Part shown: one piece after another, positions 35,715 to 44,518 of the stretch
Layout: each line of letters opens with the position of its first letter
Numbering within the stretch: position 1 is the stretch's first letter
Assembly: GCA_937911295.1 (NCBI GenBank)
Contig: CALDQE010000025.1
Location: 47,750 to 111,749 of the forward strand
DNA length: 64,000 bases
Direction of reading: 5' to 3'
From: an uncultured Verrucomicrobiota bacterium
Lineage (GTDB): Bacteria; Verrucomicrobiota; Kiritimatiellia; RFP12; UBA3636
Notes under the pieces: generated by a model
The model's database searches: none
Told to the model about the DNA's origin: nothing
The model's input: the letters and a program-made list of their open reading frames with translations, nothing else
Position numbers and translations under genes: made by a program

Positions 35715-35988
35715 GACCGCAACCCTACTATATAGTATGTTTGTTTTACTACAGATTCGCACACCGTCTACTCGTCTAACACCAAAATTGCCTTAACGCC
35801 TAATTGTCCCAAAGTTGAGCAAGTGCCATCCCGCCAGTAAATTTGTATCCAATTACTGAATTTGAAGCAGATTGATTGAAAGCCTCAAACACACCCAAGA
35901 AGCACCCACCCCTAACTATTGCTTGAAAAAATGCCTCATTTTTGGTTAAATATCTTTATTTGTAATCAAAATTTCTTCTGTTTTTATT

Positions 35989-36705
35989 ATGAACAATAAC
36001 GCACAAACAACTAAAATAATGATTCTAATTCCTTGCTTTAAAGAGGAATCAGCTATACGAAATGTTGCAACCCAAGCCATTCAAACTGGCTTAGGTGATG
36101 TTGTTGTTGTTGATGATGGCTCACCAGACAACACAGCCAATGAAGCACGTGCTGCTGGTGCAAATGTTATTGTCCATGAAATTAACAAGGGGAAAGGTGC
36201 GGCTATGATTACTGGCTTTTCATATGCTCTAGAGCATAGCTATGATGCTGTTATCACCATGGATGGCGATGGACAACATGCACCAACAGAAATAATTAAC
36301 TTTGTTAATGCATGGAAGCAGACTGGTGCCGACATGATTGTTGGCTCTCGCATGGCAAACACAAAAGGCATGCCTTTTATTCGGTTGCTCACAAATAAAT
36401 TTATGAGCTGGCTCCTAAGCAAAGCTCTTGGGCAAAAGGTCTCTGATACGCAAAATGGCTTTAGACTTTATACCGCAAAGATACTTCCTATTTGCATCAG
36501 CTGCTCCTCTGGTGGTTTTTCTGCAGAGTCAGAGCATTTGCTCCAGGTTTCACTACATGGTTATCGCATAGCGGAAGCCCCTACATCTACTATATATGGG
36601 GAAGAGAAAAGCAAAATCCGCCCAGTTCGCGACACTATCCGGTTTTTTAAGATGCTTTCTCATTTTAATTCAGAAAAGCGTAAATTCAAGAAAGGACAGC
36701 ACTAG
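35989..36705 (+). CDS. Family 2 glycosyltransferase (polyprenol-phosphate sugar synthase-like)
   Basis: MILIPCFKEE...VVVVDDGSPDNTA...DGDGQH carries the GT2 DxD and DXDG motifs. Confidence 0.8.
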   Translation: MNNNAQTTKIMILIPCFKEESAIRNVATQAIQTGLGDVVVVDDGSPDNTANEARAAGANVIVHEINKGKGAAMITGFSYALEHSYDAVITMDGDGQHAPTEIINFVNAWKQTGADMIVGSRMANTKGMPFIRLLTNKFMSWLLSKALGQKVSDTQNGFRLYTAKILPICISCSSGGFSAESEHLLQVSLHGYRIAEAPTSTIYGEEKSKIRPVRDTIRFFKMLSHFNSEKRKFKKGQH

Positions 36706-36741
36706 TTATTATATTATATAGTAATTAGGCAATAACAAATT

Positions 36742-38262
36742 ATGGTCTCTTTCCTTTTACGCAAAAAAAAGAAATTAAACGAAAAGATTTCTCCAGCTCT
36801 TATTGATAAAGATGCATTAAATGTAATCCATCGCCTCAATAAGTCTGGTTATACTGCATACCTTGTTGGTGGCAGTGTCAGAGACATCCTCCTTGGTAGA
36901 ACGCCAAAGGACTTTGATATAGTTACTAATGCAAGACCGCGCCAAATTCGTCAGCTGTTTAAAAATGCTTTTCTAATTGGTAGAAGGTTCAGACTTGCTT
37001 TAATTGTTTTTGGTGACAAGCAAATAGAAACCTCTACATTCAGGCGTGCCCCAACGGCAAATGAAGATATTGACAAAAATACACTTGGTGCTCTTTACCA
37101 AGACGCAGACAATTTATTTGGTTCCCCAGAGCAAGACGCACAGCGTCGCGACTTTACTGTCAATGCCCTCTTCTATGATGTAAAAACATCATCGATTATT
37201 GACTACACCGGTGGTATCAAGGATTTAGAAAATGGTGTTTTACGCTCCATTGGTGACCCAAACATCCGTTTTCGCGAAGATCCAGTCAGAATGCTAAGAG
37301 CAATTCGCCTTTCTTCTCGCCTTGACTTTAAGATACATTCAGACTCATTAAAGGCTATAGCTAAGCATGGTGATGAGATTCTGCAGGCATCAAAGCCACG
37401 CATTTTTGAAGAAACGATGCGACTATTTGGATTTTCAAAGGCAGAAGCATCATTTCGCAAGCTCTGGGATTCAAAGCTTTTGGCTAAACTTCTACCAGAG
37501 GTTGAAGAATTTCTCAAGGTATCGGGAGGAAAAAAGTCCAAGCTTTGGAATTATCTTGCTGCATTTGACCAGCTCAACCAAGGCTACAATACCGACAACA
37601 AGTTCTCGCGAACCTTTATTTCTGATGTAGCACTAAAAATGAGCTCTCTCATTGCTCCAATTTTTCTCGCACAAAGCTCATCCACTGCATCTATAGAGGA
37701 GCGCTACGAGCTAGCAAACCAATTGATTTTCAAAATATTTAGATCACCATTTTCCACACCTGCTTGGAATCTTCCGAAGCTCATTTGCTTAACTGTTGCG
37801 GACGCATTAGTTGGCTACGATTTTTATAAAACCAAGCAGCAAAAACGAAACAAGCTTTATTCTAAGCAATCCTATTCTCTTATGCAAGCACTCTGGGAAA
37901 TCTCTGCTACAGCTAACGGAGACACAGAGGCTTTAAAAGAAATCGAGATATGGAAGGCTGGCTTTGAGAAATTTGTCGGAGTAAATCCACTTGAACCAAA
38001 GCAACAAGAACAACACAACGAGTATGATATGTTCCCACACTCCTCCAATGCTAGAAAAGACAAGCAACCTCAGCAGCAGGTGCAGTCGCAGGAGTCTGAT
38101 GGAGCACCAGTAAAGAAGAGAAAATCCCGGAGACGTAAAAAGGGGAAAAGAAACCCAAGTGAAAACCCAACTTCTCCAGACAATGCAGTGGTAGAAACTG
38201 TTGCATCTACACCAATAGCCTCAAACACACAAGAGGTCAATGCTGCAGAAAAACAAGATTAA
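36742..38262 (+). CDS. pcnB: Poly(A) polymerase I / CCA-adding enzyme family nucleotidyltransferase with a basic C-terminal tail
   Basis: It has LVGGSVRDILLGRTPKDFDIVTNA...FRLALIVFGDKQIETSTFR and a C-terminal tail KKRKSRRRKKGKRNP. Confidence 0.8.
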   Translation: MVSFLLRKKKKLNEKISPALIDKDALNVIHRLNKSGYTAYLVGGSVRDILLGRTPKDFDIVTNARPRQIRQLFKNAFLIGRRFRLALIVFGDKQIETSTFRRAPTANEDIDKNTLGALYQDADNLFGSPEQDAQRRDFTVNALFYDVKTSSIIDYTGGIKDLENGVLRSIGDPNIRFREDPVRMLRAIRLSSRLDFKIHSDSLKAIAKHGDEILQASKPRIFEETMRLFGFSKAEASFRKLWDSKLLAKLLPEVEEFLKVSGGKKSKLWNYLAAFDQLNQGYNTDNKFSRTFISDVALKMSSLIAPIFLAQSSSTASIEERYELANQLIFKIFRSPFSTPAWNLPKLICLTVADALVGYDFYKTKQQKRNKLYSKQSYSLMQALWEISATANGDTEALKEIEIWKAGFEKFVGVNPLEPKQQEQHNEYDMFPHSSNARKDKQPQQQVQSQESDGAPVKKRKSRRRKKGKRNPSENPTSPDNAVVETVASTPIASNTQEVNAAEKQD

Positions 38263-38279
38263 CCAACGGAGTATAAATT

Positions 38280-39560
38280 ATGAAAATACTTGTAATCGGT
38301 AATGGCGGGCGCGAGCACGCAATCGTATGGAAGGTCCGTCAGGATGACCCTTCTGTTGAATTATATTGTGCACCAGGAAATGCAGGAACAGCAGCTCTTG
38401 CTACCAATCTACCAATAAAGGCAGATGACATAGATGGCATTGTAGCTTGGGCAATTGAGAACAATCCTGAGCTTGTTATAGTTGGTCCAGAGGTACCTCT
38501 TTGCCTAGGGCTAGTTGATGCACTAACCGAGAAGGGTATACGAGCATTTGGTCCTTGCAAGGCAGCAGCCCAGATGGAAGGCAGCAAGAAATTTGCAAAA
38601 GATATAATGCTTGCAGCCGGAGTTCCAACAGCACGTTGTGCTGTAGTACACACCCCAGAAGAGGCACGTGAAAAAATAAAAGAATTTGGTATTCCTGTTG
38701 TATTAAAGGCAGATGGGCTTGCAGCTGGCAAGGGTGTATCTGTTTGTATGAATCAGGCTGAAGTAGAAGAAGCAATTGATACAATGATGATTACAAAATC
38801 ATTTGGTGAATCTGCTACAGAGGTTTTGATTGAAGAATTTATGTCTGGCGAGGAAGCATCAATTCTTGCATTTGTGGATGGTGAGCACATTGTTCCATTA
38901 GCATCTGCTCAAGATCACAAGCGCTTGCTAAATAACGACAAAGGTCCTAATACTGGAGGCATGGGTTCCTACTCTCCTGCTCCATGTGTCTCAGAGGACA
39001 TGATGACAGTCGTACAGAGTCGCATTTTAGAGCCTGTGGTCGCAGAGCTTCGCAATCGAGGCATAGTCTATAAGGGAATTCTTTATGCTGGGTTGATGCT
39101 AACACCAACAGGTCCACGTGTGGTAGAATTTAATTGCCGTTTTGGTGATCCAGAGACACAATCAATTCTTCCAAGAATGGATTTCAATATGGTAGAAGCG
39201 ATGAATGCATGTATTGATGGAACACTCTGCAAGGAAATGATTAAATGGAAGCCTGGCAACTGTGTTTGCGTAGTAATGGTAGCTGGCGGATATCCAGGAA
39301 AATATGACAAAGACAATCCTATCGAAGGCATAGCAGAAGCAGAGCAGGATGAGGATGTAGATGTTTTCCATGCAGGCACAGCACTAAAGAATGGAGCTGT
39401 TGTTACTGCTGGTGGCAGAGTGCTTGGTGTTACTGCTCATGGAGCAGACCTCCGTGAAACTGTTGCAAAGGCATATCGTGCAATTTTAAAGATTAAATAT
39501 GATGGTGCTGAGTATCGTACAGATATCGCACATCGTGCATTAAAGTTAGAGAAGGAATAA
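38280..39560 (+). CDS. purD: Phosphoribosylamine--glycine ligase
   Basis: MKILVIGNGGREHAIVWKV is the start of a full-length ATP-grasp protein. Confidence 0.9.
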   Translation: MKILVIGNGGREHAIVWKVRQDDPSVELYCAPGNAGTAALATNLPIKADDIDGIVAWAIENNPELVIVGPEVPLCLGLVDALTEKGIRAFGPCKAAAQMEGSKKFAKDIMLAAGVPTARCAVVHTPEEAREKIKEFGIPVVLKADGLAAGKGVSVCMNQAEVEEAIDTMMITKSFGESATEVLIEEFMSGEEASILAFVDGEHIVPLASAQDHKRLLNNDKGPNTGGMGSYSPAPCVSEDMMTVVQSRILEPVVAELRNRGIVYKGILYAGLMLTPTGPRVVEFNCRFGDPETQSILPRMDFNMVEAMNACIDGTLCKEMIKWKPGNCVCVVMVAGGYPGKYDKDNPIEGIAEAEQDEDVDVFHAGTALKNGAVVTAGGRVLGVTAHGADLRETVAKAYRAILKIKYDGAEYRTDIAHRALKLEKE

Positions 39561-39566
39561 TTTATT

Positions 39567-40073
39567 ATGGAAGCAAAGCCAATAGTAAGTATAGTAATGG
39601 GAAGTGACTCTGATTGGTCAGTTGTAGTCAAGGCTCACGACTTTTTAAAAGAGTTTGAAATTCCACATGAGGTACGAGTAATTTCAGCACATCGTTCACC
39701 AGACATTGCTTGTGAGTTTGCTGCATCTGCTCGGGAGCGTGGCATAAAGGTAATTATTGCAGCAGCTGGTGGTGCTGCACATCTAGCAGGTGTGATTGCT
39801 GGACACACTACCCTTCCTGTAATTGGCATACCAGTTCAAGGCGGTGCTCTTAATGGCTTGGATGCTCTTCTAGCAACCGTACAAATGCCATCTGGTATTC
39901 CTGTTGCAACTGTTGCTCTTGGCTCAGCTGGTGCAACGAATGCTGCTATCCTAGCTGCTGAAATGCTTGCATTGAGTGATGGCAAGCTTGCTGAGTGCCT
40001 ACTACAACGCAAGCAACAGCTACGTGACAAGGTAATTGCTGCAGACGCAAAGCTAAACGCATCATTGGCTTAA
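39567..40073 (+). CDS. purE: N5-carboxyaminoimidazole ribonucleotide mutase
   Basis: IVSIVMGSDSDWSVV...RVISAHRSPD is the PurE signature. Confidence 0.9.
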   Translation: MEAKPIVSIVMGSDSDWSVVVKAHDFLKEFEIPHEVRVISAHRSPDIACEFAASARERGIKVIIAAAGGAAHLAGVIAGHTTLPVIGIPVQGGALNGLDALLATVQMPSGIPVATVALGSAGATNAAILAAEMLALSDGKLAECLLQRKQQLRDKVIAADAKLNASLA

Positions 40074-40215
40074 TATTGCAATCTCACAAGTCACTTATTT
40101 GTGACATTGAGACCGATTGGGGCAAGAGCATTGTGCTCTCTGCCCCTCGCTTGCAAAAAGCACTTGCAGCACTTGTACAAAAAACTGAAGAACAATTTTA
40201 TTTTTTATCCGAACT

Positions 40216-40854
40216 ATGAAAACAATCATCTTAATTGCTATTTTTTCTTATATCATCGGTTCAATTCCTTTTGGCTACTTGGCTGGCTTAACAAAGGGTG
40301 TTGATATTCGTACTCTGGGTAGCAAAAATATCGGTGCCACAAATGTTTTTCGTAACCTAGGTAAAAAGCTCGGCATTATCACCTTTATATTGGATATGCT
40401 AAAGGGAGTAACTGCTGTTGTGATTATCCCCTGTGCTGTAAAATATTTCTTTGATCCAAATCCAAGTGTAGACGAGGCTTACATTACTATAACTGGTGCA
40501 ATTGGTGTTTTAGTTGGTCACTCATTCCCTTTTACACTTGGCTTCAAGGGAGGCAAGGGCGTCGCAACAGGGCTTGGTTTGGCAATTGGTATTGCACCTA
40601 TTGCAGCACTCACAGGCTTTGCACTTTGGGCTATCATATTAAGAATTTCTGGTTATGTGTCTCTAGCATCAATTATTGCAGCCATTTATGTCGCTATTGG
40701 CACATGGTTAATTGATTGTGCTGGGAGTGATAATTATGTTATCCAAATAACAATTTCGCTTTTAGCCGCCCTTGTTGTACTTAAGCACAAGTCAAATATT
40801 AAGCGACTAATTGAAGGCACAGAGCATAAATTTTCATTTAAAAAGGACAAATAA
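40216..40854 (+). CDS. plsY: Glycerol-3-phosphate acyltransferase PlsY
   Basis: IGSIPFGYLAGLTKGVDIRTLGSKNIGATNVFR is the PlsY signature. Confidence 0.9.
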   Translation: MKTIILIAIFSYIIGSIPFGYLAGLTKGVDIRTLGSKNIGATNVFRNLGKKLGIITFILDMLKGVTAVVIIPCAVKYFFDPNPSVDEAYITITGAIGVLVGHSFPFTLGFKGGKGVATGLGLAIGIAPIAALTGFALWAIILRISGYVSLASIIAAIYVAIGTWLIDCAGSDNYVIQITISLLAALVVLKHKSNIKRLIEGTEHKFSFKKDK

Positions 40855-40856
40855 AT

Positions 40857-41858
40857 ATGAGCAAGGTTTGTGTTATCGGTGATGGTGGCTGGGGTACAGC
40901 CCTAGCAATGCTATTGTTAGAGAATGGCAACGATGTTACTATTTGGGGACCATTTGCAGACTATATAGATGAAATGCGCGAGACGAGGAAAAATCCTCGT
41001 TACTTGGCAGGAGTAACACTTCCCGACGCACTTAAGCTTGAGGCAGACATGGCAAAAGCTGTTGCTGAGGCAGAGGTTGTTGTTCTAGCAATTCCATCTC
41101 ATTTTTATGATAAGATTTGTGTACAGCTTGCAGATAAGCTACCAAAGGGCTGCGATGTAGTAAGTGTTTCAAAGGGTTTTTGCGAAAAGACTCGCAAGAG
41201 GCTCACTCGTACAGCATCAAAATTACTTGGCATAGAGGATGTGGTCGCACTCTCCGGTCCTTCCCATGCAGAGGAGGTCTCACGTGGCATTCCAACAGCT
41301 GTTGTGGCAGCGTCTAACGATGTAGAGCGCGTTCTTCGCATCCAAAAGCTATTTTCGAACAAGCGCTTCCGTGTTTACACATCAACCGATACAATTGGCG
41401 TTGAGTTGGGTGGTGCGATAAAGAATGTGCTTGCACTAGCTGTTGGCATGAGCGATGGTCTTGGTTTTGGCGATAATTCACGTGCTGCACTTATTACGCG
41501 TGGACTTGCAGAGATGGCAAGACTGGGTTGTGTTTTAGGAGGAAACCCAAATACCTTCGCTGGGTTAAGCGGAATTGGAGATTTGGTTGTAACTTGTACA
41601 AGCCGTCATAGCCGCAATAGAGGTGTTGGCGAAAGACTTGGCAAGGGTGAAAAGCTCGAATCAATTTGCAATGGTATGCAGCAGGTGGCTGAGGGCGTAT
41701 GGAATTGTGGCATTGTATGCGATTTAGCAGATGCTTATGGCGTGGATATGCCTATTTGCTTCGCTGTAAAATCTGTGCTTGATGGGACTTCTACACCATT
41801 GGAAGCTGTTGGCTTATTGATGGATAGAGATTCAAAGCATGAGCACTATGGGAAATAG
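40857..41858 (+). CDS. gpsA: NAD(P)H-dependent glycerol-3-phosphate dehydrogenase
   Basis: MSKVCVIGDGGWGTALAMLL is the Rossmann motif, and the C-terminal half is GpsA-like. Confidence 0.9.
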   Translation: MSKVCVIGDGGWGTALAMLLLENGNDVTIWGPFADYIDEMRETRKNPRYLAGVTLPDALKLEADMAKAVAEAEVVVLAIPSHFYDKICVQLADKLPKGCDVVSVSKGFCEKTRKRLTRTASKLLGIEDVVALSGPSHAEEVSRGIPTAVVAASNDVERVLRIQKLFSNKRFRVYTSTDTIGVELGGAIKNVLALAVGMSDGLGFGDNSRAALITRGLAEMARLGCVLGGNPNTFAGLSGIGDLVVTCTSRHSRNRGVGERLGKGEKLESICNGMQQVAEGVWNCGIVCDLADAYGVDMPICFAVKSVLDGTSTPLEAVGLLMDRDSKHEHYGK

Positions 41859-41893
41859 GCTGGCAATACAGTCGTGGAGTAACACTGGTCGCC

Positions 41894-42628
41894 ATGAATA
41901 AATACTTAAAAAAGGGCTTAATTGATGCTCTACCGATATTTTTTGGATATCTTTCGGTAGGCTTTGCTTTTGGTATTTATGCCTTAAAAATTGGCTTTCC
42001 TATTTGGTCCCCGATTTTAATGAGTTTAACGCATCTTTCTGGCACTGGTCAATTTGCATTAGTCAAGGTAGCAGATCACGGAAGTGGCTTAATAGAGATT
42101 TGCTTTGCTGTTAGTGTGCTTAACATTCGTTATATATTGATGGCTCTTTCTATCTCTCAGAGGCTTGCACCAGGCATATCTATTTGGCAGCGTCTAATGA
42201 TAGCAATGGCAGACACTGATGAAATAATTGCTGTTGCCCTAAAATCGCATGGAGCCGTAACCTTTGCTTATATGATGGGGCTTTTTATTAGCTCTTATGC
42301 TGGATGGAATCTTGGAACGTTATTAAGTGTTGTCGGCACTACTCTACTGCCACAATATATAATAAATGCGTTAGGGATTGCTCTTTATGCAATGTTTGTG
42401 GCGATTATTATTCCTGATGCAAAGCGTCATCGCCCTATGCTTTATTGCATAAGTATTGCAGCCATCCTTAACATTATTCTTCACATTTTACCAAGCAGCA
42501 TTCGCCCCAATGGAAGCTGGGGCATACTTATTTCTGGTATTGCTGCAGCAATAATTATTAGTGCCATTTACCCTGAACGCGATTGCGACACTACGCAAGA
42601 AGCACAGCCACAAAAGGAGGCGAATTGA
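41894..42628 (+). CDS. azlC: AzlC-family branched-chain amino acid exporter component
   Basis: LPIFFGYLSVGFAFGIYALKIGFPIWSPILMSLTHLSGTGQFALV is AzlC-like. Confidence 0.75.
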   Translation: MNKYLKKGLIDALPIFFGYLSVGFAFGIYALKIGFPIWSPILMSLTHLSGTGQFALVKVADHGSGLIEICFAVSVLNIRYILMALSISQRLAPGISIWQRLMIAMADTDEIIAVALKSHGAVTFAYMMGLFISSYAGWNLGTLLSVVGTTLLPQYIINALGIALYAMFVAIIIPDAKRHRPMLYCISIAAILNIILHILPSSIRPNGSWGILISGIAAAIIISAIYPERDCDTTQEAQPQKEAN

Positions 42629-43008
42629 TGAATCTCTCCCCTACACAGGTGCTTCAAGCCGTACTTGCAACTGCCCTAATAACATATCTTCTGAGGGCTG
42701 TACCTTTACTCTTGTTACGCAAGCGCTTAAGAAATCCATTTCTTGTCGCTTTACTAAAATATATGCCATTCGCATTGCTTTCTGCAATGATTTTCCCTGA
42801 CATTTTCAATTCAACAGTAGATATAACTACAGAAGCGGCAGACGCTGCCACAAAAAACAATACCCAAATCCCACTAATTTCTGCTATAATGGGTTTCGCT
42901 ATAGCACTATTTCTTTCATTGAAGGATAAAAAGCTACCTGTCGTTGCGGCAGCAGCCTGTGGTGTAGCCCTTATCGTAGAACGCATTTGCACATTATTTA
43001 TTTTTTAG
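42628..43008 (+). CDS. azlD: AzlD-family small membrane protein
   Basis: The start MNLSPTQVLQAVL overlaps the azlC stop in a TGATG arrangement and has an aaaaggagg RBS. It is a small hydrophobic protein. Confidence 0.65.
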   Translation: MNLSPTQVLQAVLATALITYLLRAVPLLLLRKRLRNPFLVALLKYMPFALLSAMIFPDIFNSTVDITTEAADAATKNNTQIPLISAIMGFAIALFLSLKDKKLPVVAAAACGVALIVERICTLFIF

Positions 43009-43017
43009 GACAACATT

Positions 43018-44454
43018 ATGAAACAGACAAAAGCAATTGCTCTTTTAGTAATGCTGATTACAAGTTTGACAGCTAATCTTTTTGGCGAGGAAGCGGCAGC
43101 ACCAGCTATGCGAACAAACACATGGGTGCGATCCTCAACCAGCAATGCCCTTGCTAGTAATCCCGACAATTGGTCATTAAAGCATGTCCCAACAGAGAAT
43201 GAGGTCGTTCGCCTACCAGCCTCAAATCCACGCTCAATTATTTGGGATGAAGCGGCACCAGCAGTAATTGGTGGCTGGATTCAAGAAAATGGCTATTTAG
43301 CAGTTGCAACTATAGCCACATCACGAGATGGTGCAATCAAAGAGCTACATATCAAAGGTGATTTTTATGTTTTTGATGGTGGTGTGACACATCACCCAAA
43401 TTCAGATGAAGACAAATGGTGGCTTAATCTAAAAGTAGATGGCGATATGAAGACTGGCGAGAGATCCTTTGTTTCTGTTTCTGGTAAAGGCTTTGCTTCT
43501 GGCAAAGGGCCTTCTCCTGGCTTAGAGCCAGGCTATGGAGCTAGCCATGGTGGGCAAGGAAGCACAAGAATCGGAGCAGACTTTATCAATAATTCTCTTT
43601 GCTATGATTCAATTATAAACCCAACACAATCCGGCTCTGGAGGAACCACTAAGGAAGGTGGTTTATACTCCTACAATGGTGGGGGCGTAATTATAATCAA
43701 GATTGGCGGAAGCCTCACCCATAATGGAACAATTTGTGCTAATGCTGACGAGTCTGATATTGACGGAACAAATTATGGCGGTGCTGCTGGTGGCACGGTC
43801 AACCTCACAATCAATAAGCACTTCTACGGCAATGGTAAAATCCAGGCAAATGGAGGAAGAGGCTGGCACAATGGTGCCGGTGGTGGCGGAGGTGGCAGAA
43901 TTGCTATTGTTTATAATAAAGTTTGCCCAGGCACAGAGGAAGGGCGTGACCCATCGGATTACCCAACTCGGCAAGCTGTCGCTTATGGTGGTGTCGGCGA
44001 GACAAACAACCCCCAAAATACTAATGCTGATAAGCATGTACGTGCTGCTTGTGGCACGGTCTATATTGAGAATCGCTTCCGCACCAATATCCCCGGTGGT
44101 GGCAGTGTCATAATCCGAGATTGGCAGCGCTCTACTACCGCCTCAACAAGAATCCCTTCTGATATTTGTGACAACCCAGAAGAAATTAAGGATGCGGCAA
44201 TTCATGTGCATGAGGACTCTTTCGTAACTCTTACCTCAAGCATCAATATCCGTGCACTTGTTTTTTATGGTCCTAATGGACTTGATCTAAATAATAATTA
44301 TATCTATACAGGCCTTGTCAAGGATGACCGATTAAGAAAAGAGCTTCGAGATTTTGGTACGTACGACATATCTAATTATAACGACATTTTTGGATGTGTT
44401 ATTTTCAATAATGGTTCAATTACCATACAAACATATCTAAAGCCAATTCTTTAA
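43018..44454 (+). CDS. Secreted Gly-rich protein, probably a parallel beta-helix, with GGA-like and FxxN motifs
   Basis: It has a signal peptide, MKQTKAIALLVMLITSLTANLFG, and the motifs GGGVIIIKIGGSL, GGAAGGTVNL, HFYGNGKIQANGGRGW and GGGGGGRIAIV. Confidence 0.5.
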   Translation: MKQTKAIALLVMLITSLTANLFGEEAAAPAMRTNTWVRSSTSNALASNPDNWSLKHVPTENEVVRLPASNPRSIIWDEAAPAVIGGWIQENGYLAVATIATSRDGAIKELHIKGDFYVFDGGVTHHPNSDEDKWWLNLKVDGDMKTGERSFVSVSGKGFASGKGPSPGLEPGYGASHGGQGSTRIGADFINNSLCYDSIINPTQSGSGGTTKEGGLYSYNGGGVIIIKIGGSLTHNGTICANADESDIDGTNYGGAAGGTVNLTINKHFYGNGKIQANGGRGWHNGAGGGGGGRIAIVYNKVCPGTEEGRDPSDYPTRQAVAYGGVGETNNPQNTNADKHVRAACGTVYIENRFRTNIPGGGSVIIRDWQRSTTASTRIPSDICDNPEEIKDAAIHVHEDSFVTLTSSINIRALVFYGPNGLDLNNNYIYTGLVKDDRLRKELRDFGTYDISNYNDIFGCVIFNNGSITIQTYLKPIL

Positions 44455-44518
44455 TAGCCCTACTCTTGTACTCAGCCTTCCTAAGATTTTTCACACACAT
44501 AAGCTTTGATTATTACTC

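Noticed and set aside
40101-40304. A 67-aa ORF upstream of plsY that overlaps it.
   Set aside because: It overlaps the well-supported plsY start in another frame.
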